From positions 3,456,001 to 3,520,000 of the forward strand of contig OZ244070.1 of the NCBI GenBank assembly GCA_965215605.1: 64,000 nt of DNA. The letters run 5' to 3'. Below the pieces are notes generated by a model. The model had not been told where the DNA came from and did no database searches. It saw only the letters and a list, made by a program, of their open reading frames with translations. Below are positions 26,122-35,262 of this stretch, one piece after another. How positions within the stretch are numbered: the stretch's first letter is position 1; every line of letters starts with the position of its first letter. The translations under genes and the position numbers were made by a program. The stretch comes from an uncultured Candidatus Binatia bacterium. GTDB taxonomy: Bacteria > Desulfobacterota > Binatia > UBA9968 > JAJDTQ01.

Positions 26122-27162
26122 ATGCAGACTGTATTGACTCTCGTGATGCTCATGCTCTTCCTGTTCGGCGCCGGTTCGGCCGGGGCGGCGGACTTCTACG
26201 AGGGCAAGAAGATCCGGCTGATCGTTTCGTCCTCGCCCGGCGGCGGCAACGACACGTACTCGCGCCTGCTGGCTCGCCATATCGGCAGGAACATTCCCGG
26301 GAACCCGACGGTTATCGTGCAGAACATGCCGGGAGCGGGCGGCGTCCGGGCGGCCAGCTATCTCTACAACAAGGCCCGCCGGGACGGCACCGTCATGGAG
26401 CAGATCAACTGGGGGGTGTGGAACTGGCAGGTGGTGGGCGACAAGAAACGTGGCGGCCAGTTCGATTTCAACAAGATGAACGCCATCGGCGTCATCGTCA
26501 TCGAGAACGGCCTGTTCTACAGCCGGAAGGACCGGTTCAAATCGCTGGATGAGATCGAGAAGTCGGGCAAGCTGGCCCGGGTCGGCATCAGCGGCAATCA
26601 GTCGGGCGGGTTCGTGATGGGGAACATCCTCGAGAAGCTGCGCGGCAAGAAGCTCTTCGAGTACGTATTCGGCTATCCGGGCGCGCGCCAGTACAGCCTG
26701 GCGCTGCGGCAAGGCGAGGTGGACACCTCCGGCAACGTCACCTCGTCGTTCCTGGACCAGCTCGGCGACATGTGGAAGGCCGGGGATCTCGTCATGCTCG
26801 CTCAGACCGGCACGGTGGAAGGAAAGAAGGCTCCCGAGTTCCCCGACGCTCCCTTGCTCGAGGAAATGGCGAAGACCGAGAAGCAGAAGAATCTCGTGCG
26901 GGCCACCTTCCTGCTGTCGCGCTACGGGCGTCCCTACACCATGCCGCCGGGAGTGCCGGCGGACCGCGTCGCACTCGTGCGCAAGGCCTTCGACGCGACC
27001 ATGAAGGACCCGAAGTTCCTGGCCGAAGCCAAGAAGCTCAAGCGGCCCGTCAACCCCACGACCGGTCCGGACCTTCAGAGGATGTGGAAGGATTCGATAG
27101 CCGCCTCGCCGGAAGACAAGGCCATCGTGGCGCAGATTTTCAACCCCAAGGGCGGGAAGTAG
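26122..27162 (+). CDS. tctC: Tripartite tricarboxylate transporter substrate-binding protein (copy 3)
   Basis: Same length as copy 2 (1041 bp) with long identical peptide stretches. Confidence 0.9.
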   Translation: MQTVLTLVMLMLFLFGAGSAGAADFYEGKKIRLIVSSSPGGGNDTYSRLLARHIGRNIPGNPTVIVQNMPGAGGVRAASYLYNKARRDGTVMEQINWGVWNWQVVGDKKRGGQFDFNKMNAIGVIVIENGLFYSRKDRFKSLDEIEKSGKLARVGISGNQSGGFVMGNILEKLRGKKLFEYVFGYPGARQYSLALRQGEVDTSGNVTSSFLDQLGDMWKAGDLVMLAQTGTVEGKKAPEFPDAPLLEEMAKTEKQKNLVRATFLLSRYGRPYTMPPGVPADRVALVRKAFDATMKDPKFLAEAKKLKRPVNPTTGPDLQRMWKDSIAASPEDKAIVAQIFNPKGGK

Positions 27163-27191
27163 CACCCGCTCGCACCGCAGGATGCCGAAAC

Positions 27192-27232
27192 GAAGGGCGC
27201 CGGGGACACAAGCCCCGGCGCCCTTTCTGTTT
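27192..27232 (+). terminator. Rho-independent terminator after tctC copy 3
   Basis: AAGGGCGCCGGGG-loop-CCCCGGCGCCCTTTCTGTTT. Confidence 0.8.
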
Positions 27233-27308
27233 CCCGACGGACGTCCCCGCCGCCCCTGACGTCCCCATCACACCCTGGACGTCTCCGCCACCTCGGACCC
27301 TCTCCCCG

Positions 27309-27824
27309 TCACCCCAGCCAGGGCATCAGGCTCTTCAGGAAATTCTCGGGACCCGAAATGACGGGTTCGAGCCAGTGGATGTGCAGGATCTGGTCGAACA
27401 CGCCGACGAAGAACACGAGCATGGCGGCGGTGAGCCACAGGGTCATGTGCCAGCCTTCCTTGGCCTGGTACTTCAGATACAGAAGGGTGAACGCCGGCAC
27501 CGTGATGAAGAAGCCCAATAGCAGGATGCCGAAGAACATGCCCAGGAGCCATCCGGCAAAGGTCAGGCCCCGGGTCGCCACCTCGGCCGCGGACATGGTC
27601 CAGTCCACCTGCAGGTCGCCGGTTTCCCGCTCCTGGCCGCCGGTTGTCTTGAGGGTGCGGTAGGCGTCCATGATCAGTTGGACCAGCGCCATGACCAGGA
27701 CGGGGATGCCGACGGAGCGGGGAAACAGGCCGGTGCCCAGCGGCCAGTCCCTGGCCGTGACAACCATGCCGGCGGCGACCACGGCAACGAACAGCGTGAA
27801 CAGGAGCGACGGTGTGATGTGCAT
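27309..27824 (-). CDS. tctB: Tripartite tricarboxylate transporter small membrane subunit
   Basis: Four to five TM helices, 'GLFPRSVG', 'LLGFFITVP'; directly downstream of tctA. Confidence 0.85.
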   Translation of the reverse strand: MHITPSLLFTLFVAVVAAGMVVTARDWPLGTGLFPRSVGIPVLVMALVQLIMDAYRTLKTTGGQERETGDLQVDWTMSAAEVATRGLTFAGWLLGMFFGILLLGFFITVPAFTLLYLKYQAKEGWHMTLWLTAAMLVFFVGVFDQILHIHWLEPVISGPENFLKSLMPWLG

Positions 27825-27826
27825 GG

Positions 27827-29326
27827 TTATTCTCCCTCTCCCGTATCTCCCGTGAGCTGCCGGACCTTCCGTTCCTGCTTGACGCTGTAGTAGATGGTCG
27901 CGATGGTGACGGCCAGGACCACCAGGACCAGAGGCCGGATGAGGAAGGCGGCGCCGTAGGCGCGGACCGAGATGAAGAGATACCGCTCGATCAGCCCGCC
28001 CAGCAGGAAGCCCAGCAGCAGCGGCGGCCGGGGCCAGCCGCAACGCTTCATGACCCACCCCAGCAGCCCGAAGAGCAGCACCGTCACCAGGTCGAAGATG
28101 CTGGCCGTTGCCTGATAGGCGGCCAGGAACACCACCACCGTCACCAGCGGCGCCAGGATGTTGATCCGCACCGACGAGATCTTGGCGAGCTGGTTGGTGA
28201 AGCACAACGCGATGACCGTGGCCATGATGTTGGCGATGGCCGTGCTCCACACGATGGAGTAGGTGAGATCCAGGTGCTCGTTCAGCATGGAGGGGCCCGG
28301 TTGCAGGCCGTGGATCATGAAGGCGCCGATCAGGAGCGCCATGGAGGCGCTGCCGGGGATGCCGAAGGCCAGCGTGGGCACCAGCGCGCCGCCCTGCTTG
28401 GCGTTGTTGGCGCTCTCCGGCGCGATCACGCCGCGGACGTCACCGGTGCCGAAGGTGAGGGCGGCGTCCTTGCAGGTGGACTTGGCGTGTCCGTAGGCCA
28501 GCCAGTCCACCACCGCCGAGCCCAGCCCCGGAATGACCCCGACCCAGGTCCCCAGGAAGGCGCAGCGGAGCATCAGCCACCAGTTGGCGAACACGTCCCG
28601 GATGCCGTGTCCCACCCCCTTCATGGCCTGTTTGGGCACGCTGCTGATCTGCTTCCCCTCGATCACCATGTCGGCCAGCTCCGGCAGCGCGAAGATGCCG
28701 AGGCTCACCACGATGATGTTCAGGCCGTCGAACAGGTAGAGCGAATCGAAGGTCCACCGCAGCAGCCCTTCCTGCTTGTCGATGCCGATCATCGACAGCA
28801 GCAGTCCCATGCCGCCGGCGACGATGCCCTTGAGGGGCACCCGGCCGCTCAGGATGGCCACCATGGAGATGCCCATGATGCCCAGGGAAAAGAGCTCCGG
28901 GGCGGCGAACAGCAGCACCAGCGGCTTCAGCACGGGAATGAGCATTCCGAGGATGACGGCGCCGACGACACCCCCCAGCAGGGAGGAGAAGTAGGCGGCG
29001 CCGAAGGCCCGTCCGGCTTCGCCCTTCCGGGCCATGGGGTGGCCGTCCAGGATGGTGGCCTGGGAGCCCACGGTTCCCGGCACGGCGAACAGCACGGAGG
29101 GGATGGTATCGGTGGTGACCGGGACCGAGGACAGGGCGACCAGCATGGCGATGGCCGCGGTCGGGTCCATGTCGAACGTGAACGGCAGCAGCAGGGCCAG
29201 GCCGACGACGCCGCCCAGGCCCGGTATGGCGCCCAGCGCCATGCCCACCAGGACGCCGAACATCATGAAAAGAAACCGTTCCACGCTCAGCAGCGCGGTC
29301 AGTCCATCGGCCATTGCTTCAAACAC
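27827..29326 (-). CDS. tctA: Tripartite tricarboxylate transporter large membrane subunit
   Basis: 'GAIPGLGG', 'DGHPMARKGEAGRA', 'APESANNA', 'PTLAFGIPGS', 'GLQPGP'. Confidence 0.95.
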   Translation of the reverse strand: MFEAMADGLTALLSVERFLFMMFGVLVGMALGAIPGLGGVVGLALLLPFTFDMDPTAAIAMLVALSSVPVTTDTIPSVLFAVPGTVGSQATILDGHPMARKGEAGRAFGAAYFSSLLGGVVGAVILGMLIPVLKPLVLLFAAPELFSLGIMGISMVAILSGRVPLKGIVAGGMGLLLSMIGIDKQEGLLRWTFDSLYLFDGLNIIVVSLGIFALPELADMVIEGKQISSVPKQAMKGVGHGIRDVFANWWLMLRCAFLGTWVGVIPGLGSAVVDWLAYGHAKSTCKDAALTFGTGDVRGVIAPESANNAKQGGALVPTLAFGIPGSASMALLIGAFMIHGLQPGPSMLNEHLDLTYSIVWSTAIANIMATVIALCFTNQLAKISSVRINILAPLVTVVVFLAAYQATASIFDLVTVLLFGLLGWVMKRCGWPRPPLLLGFLLGGLIERYLFISVRAYGAAFLIRPLVLVVLAVTIATIYYSVKQERKVRQLTGDTGEGE

Positions 29327-29418
29327 ATTGTGCTCCTGGTTCGTGGTTTGAGGTGGATTCCGAGCGTGCCATGGGAGGGAGCCGGCCGTTTCCCCGAAAG
29401 GCGAACTCAGCCGAGCTT

Positions 29419-29446
29419 CTTAACGGTTAAGCTCATCGTCTGTCAA
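29419..29446 (-). promoter_or_regulatory. Putative tctA promoter with palindromic operator over the -10 region
   Basis: Minus-strand TTGACA (29441-29446) and palindrome CTTAAC-N-GTTAAG (29419-29431). Confidence 0.4.
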
Positions 29447-29524
29447 GGCGAACGCCTGATTTCTCGTATGGTTACGCTTACGCCCGTGGCGTCATGACGG
29501 GTCCCTTCGGAGGCCCTTACGGCG

Positions 29525-32353
29525 TCACGGCTTGAACTCATAGGCCTCCGGCGCCGGCTTGTACGCGCGCAGGAGCCACAGGGGGCGGCGCAGGTTGCCG
29601 GGCCCCGGCGCTGGCCGGGTCAGCTTGAGCCAGCGCTTGTACACCTCGTGGGACTTGTTGGTGTCCACGAAGATGTCGCCGTAACGGTCGCCGGCGCCAG
29701 GCCTCTCCACCCGCACCTTCTGGTGCCAGCAATGCTGGCCGCTGATGTTGTCGGGCTGCACCGGGAAGGTCAGGTTCTGGTGCACCCCGGCCTCCTGCCA
29801 CCACACTCGCCCGGAGTCCTTGTCGTCGCTTTCGAAGGGCCGGACGCCGTGGATCTGGCGCATCATCCACTGGCCGGGCTTCACCTGTTCCAGGTTGACC
29901 AGGGCGGTGGCGAAGCGGCCGCCGCCGTCCTCCTCCTGGAGACGCCAACGCCCGAGATGGTGCGAGCACGCCACCACGCCGGGGCGGATGCCCTCGGTGG
30001 CCCACACCCGGTCCACGAAGTAGCCGATCTCGGTATGGACCTTGACGAGATCGCCGGTGTCCACCTCCAGCCGCCGGGCGTCCTGGGGATGCAGCCACAC
30101 CGGATTCTTGTGGGAGATCTCGTAGAGCCACTTGGCGTTGCCCGAGCGGCTGTGGATCAGGGTCGGCAGCCGGAAGGTGGGGAGCAGCAGCATCTCGCCC
30201 TTGGCGGCGTCGATGTTGGAAGGATGCACGTGGCTCTTGATGTATCCCGGGAACCGATGCTCGGGGTATTTCCAGTCCTTCAGGGTCTCGGAATAGAACT
30301 CGAGCTTGCGCGACGGCGTCGGAAAACCCGCGTGGCCCTTGCCGTCCACCTCCACCCCGATCGCCGCGCCTCCCTTGGAGACCACCTTGGTGACCGGGTC
30401 CACCGTGGCTTCGGCCATGTCCGCTTCCTTGATCTCGTTGGCATGGCTGCTGTAGATGTCTTCGGCCACCAGGAAGGCGCCGTACTTCTGCATGTACCGC
30501 AGCGGCGAGATGTCTTCGCTGGCCGCGGCCTCGGGCAGCCCCGGCACGCTGTTCTCGAACATCCACTGGTAGTACTCGTGCACCGTGAGCTTCTCGCCCG
30601 GCCGGTAGGGCGACTCGAAGTATTTCCGGATGCCCAGGGAACCGTCGGGATCGATGCGCCAGGACAACTCGATCCAGAACTCGTCCTCTTCCCACACTTC
30701 GCCCAGCCCGGCTTCCGCGTGCGCCTCCCAAGTGGTGGCGAAGGTCTTGCCCTGCCGTTCCATGGCAACCCGGAGCACCGGCTGGCGGAACCCGATCCAG
30801 CGGGCGGAGTGGGTCTCCTGGCTCATGAGATCGTGGCGTTCCGACGCCAGGCCCATGGGCAGCACGTAGTCTGCGAACCAGGCGGTCTCGCTCCAGGTGG
30901 GCGTGAGGCAGGCGTGGCGCTCCACCTTGGCCTCGTCGCTCAGCATCTCGATCCAGCTCATGCCGTCGGGGTTGGTCCACACCGGGTTGTAGACCCGGGT
31001 AAAGTACATGGCCAGCTTGCCCCGGCCCTCCTTTATGAGGTGCGGCAAGAGAAAGCTCATCTCGAAGAAGGCCAGCGGGTACTCCGGCGGGTACATCAGC
31101 GTGTTCCACACCTTGGCCGGGGGCGGCATCATGGGCGGCGCCGGGATGAACTTGTTCCAGGCGTTGGGGGTGGTGCCGCCGGGAGCGCCCACGGCTCCCA
31201 TCAGGACCACCAGGAATTCCAGCGCCCGGGCCACCTCCCAGCCCCCCAGGTTGCCGGCGGCGGCGTTGCGCCACACGTGGGTGGACAGCGCCGAGCCGGC
31301 CCGCGCCACCTCGTGGGCCACCTCCACGATCATGGCCGCGTCCGCCCCGGACTCGGCGGCCGCGAACTCCGGCGTGTACTGCGCGTAAAGGGTCTTGAGA
31401 ATTTCCTCGAAGCGCTCGAAGGTCTGCGGCTCGTCCGGATGCTCCTGGCGCAGGAACTGCTCCCAGTTGACCCACTTCCTTACGAACTCGCGGTCGTAGA
31501 GTTTCTCCTGGAGCAGCACGTTGCAGATGGACAGGAGCACCGCGGCCTCGGTGCCGGGCCAGGTGGGCATCCAGTAGTCGGCCTTGGACGCGGTGTTGGA
31601 CAGCCGGGTGTCGATGACGCAGACCTTGGCGCCCCGCTCCTTGGCCTCGATGATGCGCTGGGCGTGGGGGTTGAAGTAGTGCCCGGTCTCCAGGTGCGAG
31701 CTGAGCAGCAGCATGAAGCGCGAGTTGGCGTGGTCGGGGGAGGGGCGGTCGATGCCGCACCAGAACGCGTAGCCGGTCCGGGCTCCCGCGGAGCAGACGT
31801 TGGTGTGGCTGTTGTGGGCGTCGATGCCCCAGGCGTGCATGATGCGCTGGTGGTAGAGGAGCTCGTGCCCCGGACGCCCGACGTGGTACATGATCTCGTT
31901 GCGGCGGTCTTCCTCGATGGCCTTCCGGATCCTCCCGGCCATGTCGTCCAGCACCTCGTCCCAGGTCACCCGTTCCCATTGGCCGCCGCCGCGCGCCCCC
32001 TTGCGTTTCATGGGATAGAGGATGCGCTCGGCGTCGTACACCTGGTTGATGGTGGCCGGCCCCTTGGCGCAGTTCCGCCCGCGGCTTCCCGGGTGCTCCG
32101 GGTTGCCCTCGAACTTGCGTATCTTCCCAGTGTCCTTGTCCACGTAGGCCAAGAGGCCGCAGCCCGCCTCGCAGTTGAAGCAGATGGTGGGGATAAGGTC
32201 GTAGTGCTTCTCCACGCGCTTGGGCCACGCGGCTGCGTCGTATTCGGTCCAGTCCGACCAGCGCTCCCGGGGCGGGAAGCTCCGGAGTCCGCCCTGCGGC
32301 GGCTCGAGGTTGGCGGCGTCAGGGCTCAGCGGTTGCATGTCGTTCTTCGTCAC
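29525..32353 (-). CDS. Molybdopterin (bis-MGD) oxidoreductase catalytic subunit, DMSO reductase superfamily
   Basis: FS0 motif 'CFNCEAGC...RNCAKG', 'RILYPMKR..RG..WERVTWDE', 'ADYVLP', C-terminal 'HSRSGN..WL..NPVWLHPQDA'. Confidence 0.92.
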   Translation of the reverse strand: MTKNDMQPLSPDAANLEPPQGGLRSFPPRERWSDWTEYDAAAWPKRVEKHYDLIPTICFNCEAGCGLLAYVDKDTGKIRKFEGNPEHPGSRGRNCAKGPATINQVYDAERILYPMKRKGARGGGQWERVTWDEVLDDMAGRIRKAIEEDRRNEIMYHVGRPGHELLYHQRIMHAWGIDAHNSHTNVCSAGARTGYAFWCGIDRPSPDHANSRFMLLLSSHLETGHYFNPHAQRIIEAKERGAKVCVIDTRLSNTASKADYWMPTWPGTEAAVLLSICNVLLQEKLYDREFVRKWVNWEQFLRQEHPDEPQTFERFEEILKTLYAQYTPEFAAAESGADAAMIVEVAHEVARAGSALSTHVWRNAAAGNLGGWEVARALEFLVVLMGAVGAPGGTTPNAWNKFIPAPPMMPPPAKVWNTLMYPPEYPLAFFEMSFLLPHLIKEGRGKLAMYFTRVYNPVWTNPDGMSWIEMLSDEAKVERHACLTPTWSETAWFADYVLPMGLASERHDLMSQETHSARWIGFRQPVLRVAMERQGKTFATTWEAHAEAGLGEVWEEDEFWIELSWRIDPDGSLGIRKYFESPYRPGEKLTVHEYYQWMFENSVPGLPEAAASEDISPLRYMQKYGAFLVAEDIYSSHANEIKEADMAEATVDPVTKVVSKGGAAIGVEVDGKGHAGFPTPSRKLEFYSETLKDWKYPEHRFPGYIKSHVHPSNIDAAKGEMLLLPTFRLPTLIHSRSGNAKWLYEISHKNPVWLHPQDARRLEVDTGDLVKVHTEIGYFVDRVWATEGIRPGVVACSHHLGRWRLQEEDGGGRFATALVNLEQVKPGQWMMRQIHGVRPFESDDKDSGRVWWQEAGVHQNLTFPVQPDNISGQHCWHQKVRVERPGAGDRYGDIFVDTNKSHEVYKRWLKLTRPAPGPGNLRRPLWLLRAYKPAPEAYEFKP

Positions 32354-32366
32354 GGTGATGTCCCTT

Positions 32367-33902
32367 TCAACTGAGGGGTACGGCTTGTCCGGCCTCGACC
32401 CACAGGCGTTCGAATGCCCAGAGTCCGATGAGCGCCAGCACGGCGGACAGGGGATACAGCAACCAGGACGCCTGCTCCTGGGCGCCGGCCCACAACAGGA
32501 ATATCACCGGCAGGAGGATGCCCACGGCCATGAACAGGCCCCAGAACTGCTCCCGCAACGCCCCGCAGGTCAGCAACTCGGTGGCGCGGCGCACGTCCTC
32601 GCTGACCGGCGTCAGCGCCACCTCCACCAGCACCAGCGCCCCGGTGATGACCAGCGAGACCATGAGGAGGGTGGCCATGGTGGCCAGGGATTGGCCGCTC
32701 AGGCCGGTCACCAGCCCGAACAGGATCAGGGTGGCGGCCCCGGCGGTCACCGCCTGCGCGATGAGATGCCAGAAGAAGAGCGGGCTCTGCCAAAGGTCGC
32801 GCCCCTTGGCCTGGGCGAACAGAAATGCCGTGTACCCGGCGGCGCCGATGCCGAGGACGGCGCAGGCGGCCACGACCCATCCCGGCACGCTGCCCGTGCC
32901 GGCGCCGTAGGCGAGCCAGAGGACGCTCACCAGGGAATAAGCCATCAGGATGTAGCCCCCGAGCACCAGCCACGAACGCAGGTTGGGTTTGGTGAGAAGG
33001 TAGTAGAAGCGGTCGGGCCGCTTGAGATCGAAGATCAGGAAGCCGGTGGTGAGCCCGGTAAAGATCAGCGCGAGGATGGGGCTCACGGTGTTCATGAGCA
33101 GTCCTGCCTCGCCACGGCCCAGCAGCATCAATAACGCCGCCACCATCAGCACTCCGGCGCCGATGGACTTGGTCCAGAGATAGGCGGCGATTTTCGGCCC
33201 CCAGGGCCGCGGGTGGGGCACGTCGTAGACTTCGCGCGCGCCGCCCGGCATCGGGGTGCCGTGCCTGGAAGCGGAGAGGGCGTACAGGTCCTCCCCGGGA
33301 AATTTGTCGGCCCAGAAGTGGGTATCGGAGGTTTCGGTCATGGTGGGCTGCAACGCATCTTCCTCCACGCCGACGTAAAAGAGCTTGGGGCGGGTGCCCT
33401 TGTGGGGCTTGCGCAGCGACACCTTGCGGGTGGCCACGGTGCGGGCGATGGGGCTTTCCGGATCGTCCAGGTCGCCGGACATGATGGCCTGGGTGGGGCA
33501 AACCACCTCGCAGGCGGGCTGCAATCCGAGTTCCACCCGGTGCGCGCAGAAGTTGCACTTGGCCGCGGTGTTGTGGTCCGGGTCGATGTACAGGGCGTCA
33601 TAGGGGCAGGCCTGCATGCACGACTTGCAGCCGATGCAGCGTTCGTTGTCGAAGTCAACGATGCCGTTGGGGCTTCGGTAGAGCGCCACCGTGGGACAGA
33701 TCTCGATGCATGGGGCGTCGTCGCAATGGTTGCAACGGAGCACCGCGAAGTGGCGGCTGGTGGCCGGGAACGCGCCCTTCTCGATGTACTTGACCCAGGT
33801 GCGGTTCACCCCCAGGGGCACCTCGTGCTCGTCCTTGCAGGCCACGGTGCAGGCGTGACAGCCGATGCAGCGGTTCTGGTCGATGACAAATCCGTAACGC
33901 AT
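32367..33902 (-). CDS. Fused four-cluster ferredoxin (DmsB/PsrB-like) and NrfD/PsrC membrane anchor
   Basis: 'CIGCHACTVAC', 'CNHCDDAPCIEICP', 'CIGCKSCMQACPY', 'KCNFC...PACEVVCP', then 'PWGPKIAAYLW', 'DLKRPDRF', 'RSWL' and about 8 TM helices. Confidence 0.9.
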   Translation of the reverse strand: MRYGFVIDQNRCIGCHACTVACKDEHEVPLGVNRTWVKYIEKGAFPATSRHFAVLRCNHCDDAPCIEICPTVALYRSPNGIVDFDNERCIGCKSCMQACPYDALYIDPDHNTAAKCNFCAHRVELGLQPACEVVCPTQAIMSGDLDDPESPIARTVATRKVSLRKPHKGTRPKLFYVGVEEDALQPTMTETSDTHFWADKFPGEDLYALSASRHGTPMPGGAREVYDVPHPRPWGPKIAAYLWTKSIGAGVLMVAALLMLLGRGEAGLLMNTVSPILALIFTGLTTGFLIFDLKRPDRFYYLLTKPNLRSWLVLGGYILMAYSLVSVLWLAYGAGTGSVPGWVVAACAVLGIGAAGYTAFLFAQAKGRDLWQSPLFFWHLIAQAVTAGAATLILFGLVTGLSGQSLATMATLLMVSLVITGALVLVEVALTPVSEDVRRATELLTCGALREQFWGLFMAVGILLPVIFLLWAGAQEQASWLLYPLSAVLALIGLWAFERLWVEAGQAVPLS

Positions 33903-34012
33903 GAGTTCCTCCAAGCGGCTATATATCCGCCTGGACTTCAGGCAGTCAAACCGCGGGTGAAGATCCGCACACCATCGTTCGCGCCATCCGCTCGGTCGTT
34001 CGCGTCCCCCCT

Positions 34013-34101
34013 GTCATTCCCGACCCAACCCCGCCCCCCTGGATTCCCGCTTTCGCGGGAATGACGGGACTGGGGGCGGGAATGACGAAGAGGGAATGAC
34101 G
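34013..34101. repeat. Cluster of CGTC-type palindromic repeats
   Basis: GTCATTCCCG, TGGATTCCCGCTTTCGCGGGAATGACG, then two further GGGAATGACG half-units. Confidence 0.8.
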
Positions 34102-34164
34102 TTTCGGCGCATGGCCTCGAAGGCAGCTTGCTTCACGGGGGCCAACCCGTTAGAACCTTCTGCC

Positions 34165-35076
34165 ATGCCGAAGCTCCGGAGCCTTCGAGACGCCATCGCG
34201 GAGGAAGTCGAGGACGGCATGTCCGTCTTCATGGGCGCCGCCCTCGAGTCGCTCATCCCTTTCGCCGCCGGCCACGAAATCATTCGTCAGCGAAAGCGCG
34301 GCCTCACGCTGATGACCACCATTTCGGACATGCAGTTCGACCAGTTCATCGGCGCGGGCTGCGCCAGCAGGGTGTGCGGCGCGTGGGTCGGCAACGTGGC
34401 GGCGGGCCTCGGCCACAACTTCCGGCGGGCGGTGGAGCGCCGCGAGCCGGGTCCGCTGGCGGTTGAGAACCATTCGAACTTCTCCATGGCCCTGGGACTC
34501 AAGGCCGGGGCCATGGGTGTGCCGTTCCTGCCCACGCGGACGCTCATGGGCAGCGACTTCCGGGAAGAGGAGTCGTTCGCCGGCGTTGTCTGTCCGTTCA
34601 CCGATGAGAATCTGCTGGCAGTGCGGGCCGTGAAGCCGGACGTTGCGATCCTGCACGTGCAGCGCGCCGACGCGGAGGGCAACGCCCACGTGTGGGGCAA
34701 TCTGGGGGTCACCCAGGACGCTGCCATGGCCGCGGGCAAGGTGGTGCTCACCTGCGAGGAGATCGTGCCGCACGGGGTGATCCTGAGCGACCCGAACCGG
34801 ACGCTGGTGCCCGGATTCCTGGTGGCGGCGGTGGCGTGCGTCCCGTCCGGCTCCCACCCGTCGCCGACTCAGGGCTACAGCCGCCGTGACGACCCCTTCT
34901 ACTTCGACTATCACGCGCAGTCCCGGGAGCGGGCCGGATTCGACGCTTGGCTCGAACGGTGGGTCCTGGGGGTGGCCGGTCACGACGGCTACCTGGAACG
35001 GCTCGGGAGCGGGCGGGTGGCGGACCTCAAGCCGGACGGCAACCACATGGCGGCGCCGGTGAGCTATGGCATGTGA
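34165..35076 (+). CDS. Family I CoA-transferase subunit A (GctA/CatI-like)
   Basis: 'IPFAAGHEIIRQ', 'AGAMGVPFLP', 'HVQRADAEGN', 'HPSPTQGYSRRD'. Confidence 0.9.
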   Translation: MPKLRSLRDAIAEEVEDGMSVFMGAALESLIPFAAGHEIIRQRKRGLTLMTTISDMQFDQFIGAGCASRVCGAWVGNVAAGLGHNFRRAVERREPGPLAVENHSNFSMALGLKAGAMGVPFLPTRTLMGSDFREEESFAGVVCPFTDENLLAVRAVKPDVAILHVQRADAEGNAHVWGNLGVTQDAAMAAGKVVLTCEEIVPHGVILSDPNRTLVPGFLVAAVACVPSGSHPSPTQGYSRRDDPFYFDYHAQSRERAGFDAWLERWVLGVAGHDGYLERLGSGRVADLKPDGNHMAAPVSYGM

Positions 35077-35200
35077 CCGCTCGACTGCTGCCGCCCTGCC
35101 GTCTTGCGCGGGCGGAGGGGAGGGCGCCCGTTGATTCATGGCGCCGGGAATGCTACCGGGAACGGAACGGCGGAGGCGGTGGAGGCATCGGGACCCTTCC

Positions 35201-35253
35201 GTGACCGCCCCGGATCAAGTCCCGGGTGACTGCCCTGGATCAGGTCCGGGGCA
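35201..35253. repeat. Two tandem CCCGGATCAAGTCCGGG-type palindromic repeats
   Basis: GTGACCGCCCCGGATCAAGTCCCGG followed by GTGACTGCCCTGGATCAGGTCCGGGGCA. Confidence 0.65.
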
Positions 35254-35262
35254 GCGGCTTCT

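Noticed and set aside
29538-32228. 896-aa alternative-frame ORF overlapping the molybdoenzyme
   Set aside because: Arg/Gly/Pro-rich out-of-frame translation typical of GC-rich DNA
34013-34101. CRISPR array suggested by recurring GGGAATGACG
   Set aside because: Units are short palindromic REP-like halves with irregular spacing and mixed orientation; no cas genes
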